This document shows, piece after piece, positions 49,103 through 58,212 of a stretch of DNA of 64,000 nt. The DNA lies in the NCBI GenBank assembly GCA_903927505.1, contig CAIYNF010000114.1, positions 1,152-65,151 of the forward strand, given 5' to 3'. The notes beneath the pieces were generated by a model. It saw nothing but the letters and a program-made list of their open reading frames with translations. It was not told the DNA's origin and did no database searches. The stretch comes from an uncultured Bacteroidota bacterium. Its GTDB lineage: Bacteria; Bacteroidota; Bacteroidia; UKL13-3. Both the position numbers and the translations under genes were made by a program. Position 1 is the stretch's first letter. Every line of letters begins with the position of its first letter.

Positions 49103-51793
49103 ATGGTAATGGCCAATATGCGTAAATTTATTGTAATTGTAATTTTGTTCCTGAGTGGCATCACTTCATTGTATGCTACACATTACAGAGCGGGCGAAAT
49201 TACCTATAAACAAATTTCTGGCTATACTTATGAGGTAACTGTTTTTACTTATACCGACCCAGGGAATATAGCTGCAGACCGACAAGAAATTGAGGTATTT
49301 TTTGGTGATGGGAAATCTGAAATTGTACCACGTGCAAATGGCAATGGACAAATTGTAAATCCGGATATTAACAATACGATAAAAATGAATATTTATCGTA
49401 CCACCCATACCTATCCTGGTCCTTATAGTTACCTCATTAATATTGTAGACCAAAACCGTGTAGACAATATCAAAAACATTAACAATGGAAACAGTGTGAG
49501 CATTCCTATTTATATTGAATGCCTACTTATAGTAAAACCAGCCATAGGAAACAACCAATCCCCTGTATTGTTAATGCCTCCCATAGATGTAGGCTGTGTA
49601 AACAAAACATTTACGCATAACCCTTCGGCTTACGACCCTGATGGAGATAGTTTGGTTTTTAGCATCATTGCCCCAAAAATGTCGATGGGAATTGAAGTGC
49701 CCAGCTTTACCATACCTGCACATTCCAATTCTTTTAGTATTGAATTAAATACTGGTCAGCTTACATGGGATAAACCAACCCAGGCAGGGCATTATAATTG
49801 GGCCATCTTAATTCAAGAATTTAGAGGTGGCAAAATGATTGGATTTGTAGTGAGGGATATGCAAGTATATATTTATAATAATTGCGATAATTCTCCTCCC
49901 TTATTGACATCTCACAACGACACTTGTGTGGAGGCAAATAAATTGTTACAGGGTACTATTTTCGCCACAGATCCTAATCCTGGTCAGACCATTAAACTTC
50001 AATATTTTGGAGGGCCATTTGTGCAAATGAATAGTCCTGCAAAAATGACCCCTGCCAATCCAGAGGGACCGTATACAGGAGTTACAGGAATTTTCAGATG
50101 GAGTCCAAGTTGCAATGCCATTAGGTATACACCTCATATGGCTGTATTTAAAGCCATGGACAACCACAATACTAATCCATTATTTGATATTAATTATTGG
50201 AATATAAAGGTGGTAGGCCCAGCGCCGCAAAATTTGAGCATTGTAAAAGACAGCAATGGTTTTAAAATTAATTGGGACAGGGACACTTGTAGAATTGCAT
50301 TAGGATATAAAATATATCGCAGAATTGATTCCAGTTATTGGCAGCATGGCGCTTGCGAAACAGGAGTTCCAGCTTATACAGGATATGTTTTATTTGATAC
50401 CACCAAAGGCGTCAATAATGCTAAGTATTTCGACAATAATAATGGCAGGGGAATATCACCTCTTACGAGGTATTGTTACATGATAACCAGTTGGTATTAT
50501 CCAAGAAATGAAGATGGAACTGTAATTTTAATTGGCGAAAAAACGGAAAGTTATGCCAGCAAAGAAGTGTGTGCTATTATTTTGCGCACCCAACCCATTA
50601 TCACCAAAGTTAGTGTAGAGAAAACAGCTGGTGCAGATGGTAAAATTCAAGTAGAATGGATTAAGCCAAACATCTTAGATTCGAACCAATTTAAACCACC
50701 CTATAAATTTCAATTACAAAGGTCGAACCAAGCAAATGGAATTTTTTCAAATGCGGGTGCACCATACATTTTTAGCTCCTTTGCACAATTATTGGATGCT
50801 GCCTACTTAGATAGTTCTCTTAACACTTTAGACCAAAGCTATTATTACAAGGTATTATTTTATTGTACCAATAATGGCAATGATGAATTAATTGAGGAAA
50901 GTAATGTTGCAGGATCTGTTCGTTTGGCGCTTGGAAGCACCGATAATTCATTGCTATTAAGTTGGAAGGCAGATGTACCTTGGATTAATAAAGAAAGTGT
51001 AATTTACAAAAAGAACACAAGCAACACTTTTGATTCTATAGGCATTTCAAGCAATATGCAGTTTATAGATACTGGCTTGGTAAATGGACAGCGTTATTGT
51101 TATTTTGTAGAAACAAAGGGCAATTATAACCAACAGTATTACCCCTTATTGTTGCGCAATAAATCACAAGAAATTTGCGGTATACCAAAGGATACCATCA
51201 GACCCTGCGCACCTACTTTTACAATAGATACGCCTTGCAATTCTTTCAATATTTTAGAGGTGAAATTAAATTGGACCTATCCAACAAGTTGCAACCAAGA
51301 TGTTGTGAAGTATCGCATTTATTGGCGTAAAAATTCAAGTGAAATTTGGAAAATAGTAGACAGTGTTGTTTTCGGTTCGAACCAATACATAGATAAAAGG
51401 GAGCAATTAAAATTTTCAATTGCTGGATGTTATGCCGTTGCAGCGGTTGATTCCTTTAATAACCAAAGTTATTTAACCAATGCCAAATGTATTGACAATT
51501 GTCCGTTCTACAGCATTCCAACTGTTTTTACACCCAATGCAGATGGCAAAAACGATTTACTGAATCCATTTCCATATAGATTTATTGACAAGGTAGATAT
51601 TAGTATTTTTAACCGTTGGGGCCAGGAAGTATTTCACACCAACGACTTGGATATTAATTGGAATGGAACCGATCAAAAAAGCGCTGCAGAATTAAGTGAG
51701 GGTGTTTATTTTTATATAGCCGAAGTGAGTGAAAGTTATTTAGATGGAACTAAAAAACGCGTGCTAAGAGGTACAATTAATATAATCAGATAA
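49103..51793 (+). CDS. Large secreted protein with a T9SS type B (gliding motility-associated, CHU_C-like) C-terminal domain
   Basis: 896 aa. Signal peptide (MRKFIVIVILFLSGITSLYA, possibly starting at 49118). C-terminal ..IPTVFTPNADGKNDLLNPF..ISIFNRWGQEVFH..WNGTDQ..GVYFYIAEV... Confidence 0.75.
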   Translation: MVMANMRKFIVIVILFLSGITSLYATHYRAGEITYKQISGYTYEVTVFTYTDPGNIAADRQEIEVFFGDGKSEIVPRANGNGQIVNPDINNTIKMNIYRTTHTYPGPYSYLINIVDQNRVDNIKNINNGNSVSIPIYIECLLIVKPAIGNNQSPVLLMPPIDVGCVNKTFTHNPSAYDPDGDSLVFSIIAPKMSMGIEVPSFTIPAHSNSFSIELNTGQLTWDKPTQAGHYNWAILIQEFRGGKMIGFVVRDMQVYIYNNCDNSPPLLTSHNDTCVEANKLLQGTIFATDPNPGQTIKLQYFGGPFVQMNSPAKMTPANPEGPYTGVTGIFRWSPSCNAIRYTPHMAVFKAMDNHNTNPLFDINYWNIKVVGPAPQNLSIVKDSNGFKINWDRDTCRIALGYKIYRRIDSSYWQHGACETGVPAYTGYVLFDTTKGVNNAKYFDNNNGRGISPLTRYCYMITSWYYPRNEDGTVILIGEKTESYASKEVCAIILRTQPIITKVSVEKTAGADGKIQVEWIKPNILDSNQFKPPYKFQLQRSNQANGIFSNAGAPYIFSSFAQLLDAAYLDSSLNTLDQSYYYKVLFYCTNNGNDELIEESNVAGSVRLALGSTDNSLLLSWKADVPWINKESVIYKKNTSNTFDSIGISSNMQFIDTGLVNGQRYCYFVETKGNYNQQYYPLLLRNKSQEICGIPKDTIRPCAPTFTIDTPCNSFNILEVKLNWTYPTSCNQDVVKYRIYWRKNSSEIWKIVDSVVFGSNQYIDKREQLKFSIAGCYAVAAVDSFNNQSYLTNAKCIDNCPFYSIPTVFTPNADGKNDLLNPFPYRFIDKVDISIFNRWGQEVFHTNDLDINWNGTDQKSAAELSEGVYFYIAEVSESYLDGTKKRVLRGTINIIR
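51374..51383. repeat. GGTTCGAACC iterated palindrome, copy 6 (inside the type B cargo CDS; read G-S-N)
   Basis: Exact 10-mer, preceded by TTTC. Codons are ttc ggt tcg aac caa. Confidence 0.9.
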
Positions 51794-51797
51794 GAAA

Positions 51798-52391
51798 GTG
51801 TTTACAGGAATTATAGAAACCACAGGAACTGTTTTGGAGCTTATTCAAAGCAATAGTAATTTAGACTTATGGATTGGATCGAACCTAAGCCATGAATTAA
51901 AAATAGACCAAAGTGTGGCACATAATGGCGTTTGTTTAACAGTAGTTGAGCTAAGGGCAAATGCCTATAGGGTAACAGCCATTGCCGAAACGCTAGCCAA
52001 AACCAATTTAGGAAGTTTGTTGATTGGGCAAGAAATAAATATTGAACGCTGCATGTTGGCCAACGGTAGGTTTGACGGGCATATTGTACAAGGGCATGTA
52101 GATGATTGGGCTACTTGCAGTAAAATTGAAGATAAAAATGGCAGTTGGGAATTTGAATTTACTTTGAACCAAATACAACAAGCAGATTTATTGGTAGCCA
52201 AAGGAAGTATTTGCATTAATGGCACCAGCTTAACCGTTGTTCAAAGCGAGGGCAATATTTTTTCGGTAGCTATTATTCCCTATACCTATGAACATACCAA
52301 TTTCAAAGGATTAGAAATTGGGGATACTGTAAATTTAGAATTTGATATTTTAGGAAAGTATATCCAGAAGCAGCTTGCCAATAGGGCATAA
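51798..52391 (+). CDS. ribE: Riboflavin synthase (alpha chain)
   Basis: 197 aa. GTG start giving (M)FTGIIETTGTV. Duplicated lumazine-binding halves (..SVAHNGVCLTV.. and ..SICINGTSLTV..). Confidence 0.9.
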   Translation: MFTGIIETTGTVLELIQSNSNLDLWIGSNLSHELKIDQSVAHNGVCLTVVELRANAYRVTAIAETLAKTNLGSLLIGQEINIERCMLANGRFDGHIVQGHVDDWATCSKIEDKNGSWEFEFTLNQIQQADLLVAKGSICINGTSLTVVQSEGNIFSVAIIPYTYEHTNFKGLEIGDTVNLEFDILGKYIQKQLANRA

Positions 52392-52417
52392 AAAAACCAC
52401 CCGAAGGTGGTTTTTTT
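52392..52417. terminator. Bidirectional rho-independent terminator between convergent ribE and rplI
   Basis: A7-CCACC-CGAA-GGTGG-T7. Confidence 0.75.
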
Positions 52418-52437
52418 AATTAATTAAGTCGTAATAA

Positions 52438-52878
52438 TTATTCACCAACTACTTCAACTGTAATGTTAACTGTAACATCACGGTGTAAGTTTAAAGTTGC
52501 TTCATAGCTACCCAATGTTTTCACATCGTGTATTTCAATTTTACGTCTGTCGATTTCAAAGCCTTTGTTTTTAAGACCTTGTGTTACTTGTAATGGTGTA
52601 ATTGAACCAAATATTTTACCATTTGCACCAGCTTTGGTTACGATGGTAATAGACATTTCTTTCAATTGCTCAGCCATTGCCAAAGCATCGGTTTTCATTT
52701 TTTCACGTTTCAACGCACCTTGACGGTTGTTTTCTTCGTGCATTTTAAGGTTACTGGCTGTTGCCATGATTGCCATGCCACGTGGGAATAAGAAGTTATT
52801 TGCATAACCGTTTTTTACTTCCACAACATCACCTTGGTGACCAAGGTTTTTCATGTTTTCTTTTAAAATAATCTTCAT
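52438..52878 (-). CDS. rplI: 50S ribosomal protein L9
   Basis: 146 aa. MKIILKENMKNLGHQGDVVEVKNGYANNFLFPRG. Confidence 0.95.
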   Translation of the reverse strand: MKIILKENMKNLGHQGDVVEVKNGYANNFLFPRGMAIMATASNLKMHEENNRQGALKREKMKTDALAMAEQLKEMSITIVTKAGANGKIFGSITPLQVTQGLKNKGFEIDRRKIEIHDVKTLGSYEATLNLHRDVTVNITVEVVGE

Positions 52879-52890
52879 TGTCTGGTCTCC

Positions 52891-53169
52891 TTATTTTAAA
52901 GAATCGCCTGTAAAAGGTAATACTGCGATGTGACGGGCACGTTTAATTGCCTGTGACACCTTGCGCTGATACTTCAAAGAAGTACCGGTTAACCTGCGGG
53001 GAAGAACTTTCCCTTGATCGTTTACGAATTTCAAAAGGAAATTTGCGTCTTTGTAATCAAGATACTTGATACCATTCTTTTTGAATCGACAGAATTTCTT
53101 CTTTTGAGGTGCTTCAGGCATGGTGTTAAAAACCATAGCTGGAGATGATGCGTTTGCTTTCTTTTTCAT
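52891..53169 (-). CDS. rpsR: 30S ribosomal protein S18
   Basis: 92 aa. ..KKFCRFKKNGIKYLDYKD..LKFVNDQGKVLPRRLTG...QRKVSQAIKRAR. Confidence 0.95.
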   Translation of the reverse strand: MKKKANASSPAMVFNTMPEAPQKKKFCRFKKNGIKYLDYKDANFLLKFVNDQGKVLPRRLTGTSLKYQRKVSQAIKRARHIAVLPFTGDSLK

Positions 53170-53171
53170 AC

Positions 53172-53582
53172 TTACTTCGCTCCTTCCTGTTTTTGATCTT
53201 TTTTGCCCTGGTTGAATTCACCATTGCGTTTACGTTGGTTGTAGATTACTGCATGTCTGTCTAGAGACACAGTTAAATAACGCATGATACGTTCGTCGCG
53301 TCTGAAAGCTAGTTCAAATTTTGAAATAAAATCTGGTTTTGACCTGTACTCTAGCAAAACATAGAAGCCAGTTGACTTCTTCTGAATTGGATACGCTAGT
53401 TTAGTCAAACCCCAGTTTTCTTCATGAACCAGCTCGCCGGCGTCGTCAGTGATCAATTTGCGGTACTTAGATACTGCATCTTTCAACTGCTCTTCGGAGA
53501 GTACGGGAGTGAATACAATCACTGACTCATAGTCTTTTAAGACAACCGTCTCTGCTGTTTTAGATTTGGTTTTAGTTGCCAT
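53172..53582 (-). CDS. rpsF: 30S ribosomal protein S6 (with a basic/acidic C-terminal extension)
   Basis: 136 aa. ..YESVIVFTP.LSEEQLKD....Y..LI...GGELVHEENWG...LAYPIQK...G.Y. Confidence 0.95.
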   Translation of the reverse strand: MATKTKSKTAETVVLKDYESVIVFTPVLSEEQLKDAVSKYRKLITDDAGELVHEENWGLTKLAYPIQKKSTGFYVLLEYRSKPDFISKFELAFRRDERIMRYLTVSLDRHAVIYNQRKRNGEFNQGKKDQKQEGAK

Positions 53583-53747
53583 CTTTACTGAGGAATTTAT
53601 TTAAAAAGGACCGCGAAAGTAGGCTTTTTTTTGAGATAATCAAGCATTTGCCTAATTATTATGCCAAAAACAATAAATTATATCACAAAATGGTAGAATT
53701 AGGTATTAAACAGCAGATATATAATTCCAATTGTTATTTTTGTAAAT

Positions 53748-55781
53748 ATGATAAAATACCCCATATCATTCTCCAGATTGCCCATTTTATTGGCAATTAC
53801 CCTATTATTAGCCTCCCATACAGGATTTTCTCAATCAAAACAGTTTTCGACCAAAATTGATGTTATCAAAAAACTTCTTTTATCAGATAAAATTGATTCT
53901 GCAAATCAGGTATTTAAAGAGATTTCAACTGAGATAGATCTAAGCAAAGAAACAATTGAAACAGCATTGTTTTATCAATTAAAAGCTGCAGCTGCATTGA
54001 AGCAAGACAAGTTTGAAGAGGAACAAGAATATTTATTATTGTTTTTAAAAACTGCCAAGAAATTACGCGACCATAACCTCATTGCCAGTGCATTGCTTGG
54101 TTTTGCCAGTCATTTTGAAAATATAGGTGATTTAAAAAACGCCACACCGTATTTTTTGAGTGCGCTTGATGAATATTCATTAACCAACAAAATTCAACAA
54201 ATAGCCTATTTGTACAATAAAATTGGCTTGGTTTATTACGCAGACAATAACTTTGAGAAAGCTAGAACCTATTTTATTTCTGCCTACCTCATTTATAAAA
54301 AACATGAAAAGGAAGATATAGAATATGCTTATTGGGTTCAAAACTGCTTATCCAATATTGCATTAACCTATTTACAAACAAATGATTTAAATAAAGCCCT
54401 GGCTTATTCTAAAATGGCCTTGGGCTATTGTCAGACAGCCAATATTGACAAAGTACGCCCAATAGCAGTAATAAAAAGTAATATTGGCTCCATATATGGC
54501 AAAATGGGCAAATATAACTTGGCAGAAAAGTACTTTAGGGAGGGTATTGAAGTTTGTTTAAAACCAGAAAACCATGAGACTTACCACGCCATTCAAAGCA
54601 TCATTAGCTTGGCTAAATTGCTCACCATTCAAGGCAAATTTGTGGAGGCTGAAACTGAATTAAGTAGGGCCGCAAAACTTATCAATGGAAATGTTGCTTA
54701 CATGGGGGCACTCGACAAATATTACAGGCAATTGGCTTATTTGAAGTTTGCCGAAAAAGACTACAAAGCGGCCTTTGAGGCGCAAAATGAATATATTATT
54801 TTGGACGATTCTTCAGATAAAATTTTGGAAAGTAGAGATTATAACAAAGAAATTCTCATCCATGATTTAGAAAACCAAAAGACTCAAAATGAGCTATTAC
54901 GCAGTGAAAATAACTATAAGGGCCTGGCAAATAAAATCATTATCATCATCATTGTTTTTATGATTTTATTAGCCGTCTTGATATTAATTGGGCAGGTAAA
55001 ATCAAAGGATAAAAACAAAAAGCTTGAGGAATACAACCAAAGAATCAATGAACAAAAAAACTCATTGGAAAAATTGAACCAAGATCTTGTAAAGATTAAC
55101 CAAAACAAATCATTCTTAATTCAAAGTGTTGCCCACGATTTACGCACCCCTATTGGAAATGTGATGAATTTAAATGAATTTCTATCTGAAAGCGATTTAA
55201 AAGAACAGGATGCCTCTGGATATATCAAACTTATAAGAAGTAGCTGCTTATTGGCCTTAAACATTATGGAAGACATTTTAGACCAAAGCATGATTGAAAA
55301 GGGCAAGCTTCAGCTCAATTTAAAACATGGTAATATTAAACAGCTCATTCAAGAATCTATTCATCTGCTACATTTTAGAGCCAAGCCTAAGAATATTACA
55401 ATTGATTTTGAAAGTTCATTAGACATTGAGTTGAAAATTGACCATGAGCGTATTAAAAGAGTTTTGATGAACATTTTAATGAACGCTATTAAATTCACTC
55501 CAAGAGGCTGCAATATCTTTATCAATCAATGGATTGAAGGCGACCATTGTATTATTAGCATTAAGGACGAAGGAATTGGCATGAGTGAAGAAATTATCGC
55601 TCAAATATTTGAAAGAGACACGCCAGCTGCTAGGCTTGGACTAGAAATGGAACGCAGCATTGGAATTGGATTAGCAATAACCAAATCTATTGTGGAGAGT
55701 CATGGGGGTGAAATTAAAGTGGAAAGTAAACCTAATTCTGGCTCAACCTTTTACATAGAGTTGCCCCTTTCAAAAATTTAG
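53748..55781 (+). CDS. TPR-repeat sensor histidine kinase
   Basis: 677 aa. Signal peptide, about 350 aa of extracytoplasmic TPR-like repeats, one TM helix (IIIIIIVFMILLAVLILIG), coiled coil, H-box SVAHDLRTPIGNV, and N/G1/G2 boxes of HATPase_c. Confidence 0.85.
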   Translation: MIKYPISFSRLPILLAITLLLASHTGFSQSKQFSTKIDVIKKLLLSDKIDSANQVFKEISTEIDLSKETIETALFYQLKAAAALKQDKFEEEQEYLLLFLKTAKKLRDHNLIASALLGFASHFENIGDLKNATPYFLSALDEYSLTNKIQQIAYLYNKIGLVYYADNNFEKARTYFISAYLIYKKHEKEDIEYAYWVQNCLSNIALTYLQTNDLNKALAYSKMALGYCQTANIDKVRPIAVIKSNIGSIYGKMGKYNLAEKYFREGIEVCLKPENHETYHAIQSIISLAKLLTIQGKFVEAETELSRAAKLINGNVAYMGALDKYYRQLAYLKFAEKDYKAAFEAQNEYIILDDSSDKILESRDYNKEILIHDLENQKTQNELLRSENNYKGLANKIIIIIIVFMILLAVLILIGQVKSKDKNKKLEEYNQRINEQKNSLEKLNQDLVKINQNKSFLIQSVAHDLRTPIGNVMNLNEFLSESDLKEQDASGYIKLIRSSCLLALNIMEDILDQSMIEKGKLQLNLKHGNIKQLIQESIHLLHFRAKPKNITIDFESSLDIELKIDHERIKRVLMNILMNAIKFTPRGCNIFINQWIEGDHCIISIKDEGIGMSEEIIAQIFERDTPAARLGLEMERSIGIGLAITKSIVESHGGEIKVESKPNSGSTFYIELPLSKI

Positions 55782-55828
55782 ACCAAGCTTTTCCGTTTTA
55801 AATTCACTTTTTATTTTTATTTTGCGGC

Positions 55829-57604
55829 ATGGAAAATTTTGTGGTGAGTGCGCGCAAATACAGACCCGATCGTTTTGACACGGTGGTTGGGCAAGAACAT
55901 GTAGTTCAAACACTCAAAAACGCTATTAAGAATAGGCATTTGGCTCACGCCTTTTTATTTTGTGGACCAAGGGGTGTAGGTAAAACAACCTCTGCCCGTT
56001 TATTAGCTAAAACCATCAATTGCACCAATTTAAGTGCGGATTTTGAAGCGTGCAACGAATGTGACAGTTGCAGGGCATTTAATGCAAATGCTTCCTTTAA
56101 TATCTATGAATTGGATGCTGCTTCTAATAACTCGGTAGATGATATTAGGGCATTGGTTGACCAAGTGCGTTATGCACCGCAAGGCGCACAATACAAAATC
56201 TATATAATAGATGAGGTGCACATGTTGAGTACGCAAGCTTTTAATGCCTTTCTTAAAACATTAGAGGAACCTCCTCCCTACGCTAAATTTATTTTAGCCA
56301 CCACAGAGAAACACAAAATCCTTCCAACAATTTTAAGTCGTTGCCAGGTTTTTGATTTCCATAGAATAAAAATAGACGATGCTGTTAAGCAATTAAAAAC
56401 CATTTGCGAAAAGGAAAACATTCAAGCAGAGGAAGAAGCATTGCATGTAATAGGCAAGAAATCTGATGGTGCCATGCGTGATGCCCTTTCAATTTTTGAT
56501 AGAATTGTAAGCTTTAGCGGCAATAAAATTAGCTATGCAGATGTTATTGCTAATTTAAATATTCTTGATTACGATTATTATTTTCGTGCGACCAATTTAT
56601 TGCTTTCAGGAAATTTAGCCGGCAGCTTATTGTTGTTTGATGATATTTTAAGCAATGGTTTTGAGGCCCAACATTTCCTGCAAGGCTTTAGTGAACATAT
56701 CAGGAATTTAATGGTATGTAAACATCCAGACACATTAAGATTACTAGAAGTTGCGCCTAATGTAGCAGCTAAATTCTCACAACAAGCGCAGAGTTGCAAT
56801 AGCAGTTGGTTGTTAAATGCATTAAATATGCTGAACCAAACCGACTTTAATTACAAGCTAAGTAAAAACCAACGATTGCACGTAGAATTGGCATTAATGA
56901 AGTTATGTAACCTTCAAAGAGCGATACAACTTTCTACTCAGCAACCGATGGTTGATGAGAAAAAAAAAATTAATGTAGTCAGCGATACCCCTTCCCCAGT
57001 AATTATAGCTACTCCTCAAATTGTAAGCAATCCAGTTCCTGCAAATCCAGATGCAATTGAAATAACAAATCCTATAACTACTTCAAGCCAAGATTTAGTT
57101 GCTCCAATTGCAATACCAAGCAATGGGAAAACGCAATTAGAGCGAATGCGCGAACAGGTAACAAAACAAAAGGAGGAAGAAGTTCAGCAACAGCAGTTAG
57201 GAGAAGGAATTATTGAAGCAAAAGTTGACAATAAACCTTTTACTGAAGAAGAATTTAAAGAAGTTTGGACGAACTATCTAAACAAACTTGAAAATGGCGG
57301 TAAATCCAGATATACCGCATTTTTAAAAGAATCTCCTATTAATTTTGCTAGCCCAGTAAAAGTAGAAATTGAATTAAAAAGTCAGCTCGAAAGTGAAATG
57401 ATGGAAGAAGAAAGAATGGATTTAATTCCATTTATGAGAAAAACCCTTCAGAATTTTGATTTAGAAATTAACTTCACCATCAACAAAGACAGAATAGTAC
57501 ATTTGAGCAAGGTTAGCAAATCGGATCAACTTAAGCGTATGATTGACAAAAATTCTGAATTGGGTGATTTTGTGCAAGGTCTTGGATTAGAAATTGATTA
57601 TTAG
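55829..57604 (+). CDS. dnaX: DNA polymerase III subunits gamma/tau
   Basis: 591 aa. KYRPDRFDTVVGQEHV, GPRGVGKTT, zinc module C.NC.....C..C..C, DEVHMLS, SRC. Confidence 0.95.
   Translation: MENFVVSARKYRPDRFDTVVGQEHVVQTLKNAIKNRHLAHAFLFCGPRGVGKTTSARLLAKTINCTNLSADFEACNECDSCRAFNANASFNIYELDAASNNSVDDIRALVDQVRYAPQGAQYKIYIIDEVHMLSTQAFNAFLKTLEEPPPYAKFILATTEKHKILPTILSRCQVFDFHRIKIDDAVKQLKTICEKENIQAEEEALHVIGKKSDGAMRDALSIFDRIVSFSGNKISYADVIANLNILDYDYYFRATNLLLSGNLAGSLLLFDDILSNGFEAQHFLQGFSEHIRNLMVCKHPDTLRLLEVAPNVAAKFSQQAQSCNSSWLLNALNMLNQTDFNYKLSKNQRLHVELALMKLCNLQRAIQLSTQQPMVDEKKKINVVSDTPSPVIIATPQIVSNPVPANPDAIEITNPITTSSQDLVAPIAIPSNGKTQLERMREQVTKQKEEEVQQQQLGEGIIEAKVDNKPFTEEEFKEVWTNYLNKLENGGKSRYTAFLKESPINFASPVKVEIELKSQLESEMMEEERMDLIPFMRKTLQNFDLEINFTINKDRIVHLSKVSKSDQLKRMIDKNSELGDFVQGLGLEIDY
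56960..56978 (+). promoter_or_regulatory. A10 slippery tract in dnaX with stops in both alternative frames (candidate recoding or transcriptional slippage site)
   Basis: A10 at 56960..56969 (codons 378-380 AAA AAA AAA). The -1 frame reads AAT TAA (stop at 56971..56973). The +1 frame reads TTA ATG TAG (stop at 56976..56978). Confidence 0.4.
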
Positions 57605-57606
57605 CA

Positions 57607-58212
57607 ATGAACTTAGGTAAGGAAAAAATAAAGAAATCATTTGGCGCAAGAATGCGAAAAGTATTGAGTTATTTCCTAAAAGGATTGCTCATTACACTGC
57701 CTATTTACGCAACGTATAAAATCATTCGTTCATTAATGGAATCCATTGATGCGGTTTTGCTATTAGACACTCCTGGCCTAGGATTTATTATAGTTATTGT
57801 TACCATTACTACCATGGGTTTTATAGGTTCAACCATCATTACGCGACCTATAGTAGATTTAATGGACGATTTTTTCTCGAGCATACCTTTGGTAAAAACA
57901 ATTTACACTTCGGTTAAAGATTTAATTGAAGCATTTGTAGGAGAGAAAAAGAAATTTTCTAAACCCGTAATTGTAGAATTAAATCCAGGAGTTTATAAGC
58001 CAGGATTTATTACACAAGATGATTTAACACAACTTGACCTGCCAGGAATAGTGGCAGTTTATATGCCGCACTCTTATGCCTTTTCTGGAAATTTATTTTT
58101 TATTGATAAAAATAAAATCAAGCCATTCCAAGGCGATAGCAGCAAGCTCATGCAATTCATTATTTCGGGTGGAGCTATTAACCTCAACGATAAAAACGAA
58201 GATACTTTATAA
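57607..58212 (+). CDS. DUF502 family membrane protein
   Basis: 201 aa. Two N-terminal TM helices, then ..IPLVKTIYTSVKDL.. as in DUF502. Confidence 0.55.
   Translation: MNLGKEKIKKSFGARMRKVLSYFLKGLLITLPIYATYKIIRSLMESIDAVLLLDTPGLGFIIVIVTITTMGFIGSTIITRPIVDLMDDFFSSIPLVKTIYTSVKDLIEAFVGEKKKFSKPVIVELNPGVYKPGFITQDDLTQLDLPGIVAVYMPHSYAFSGNLFFIDKNKIKPFQGDSSKLMQFIISGGAINLNDKNEDTL

Noticed and set aside
51794-51797. An FMN riboswitch upstream of ribE.
   Set aside because: Only 4 nt separate ribE from the preceding CDS, so there is no room for a riboswitch.
53735-53742. TATTTTTG -7-box match 5 nt before the histidine kinase ATG. Similar single -7 matches occur at 22000..22007 and 2750..2757.
   Set aside because: These are -7 motif matches alone, with no properly spaced -33 TTTG. 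Such octamers are frequent in AT-rich DNA, so I did not list them as features.
53583-53747. A possible S6:S18-binding leader or other structured 5' UTR upstream of rpsF, or a plus-strand terminator (AAAAAGGACCGCGAAAGTAGGCTTTTTTTT).
   Set aside because: I could not draw a convincing stem by hand, because the arms pair poorly. No upstream plus-strand gene needs a terminator there. It needs a covariance-model search before any claim.
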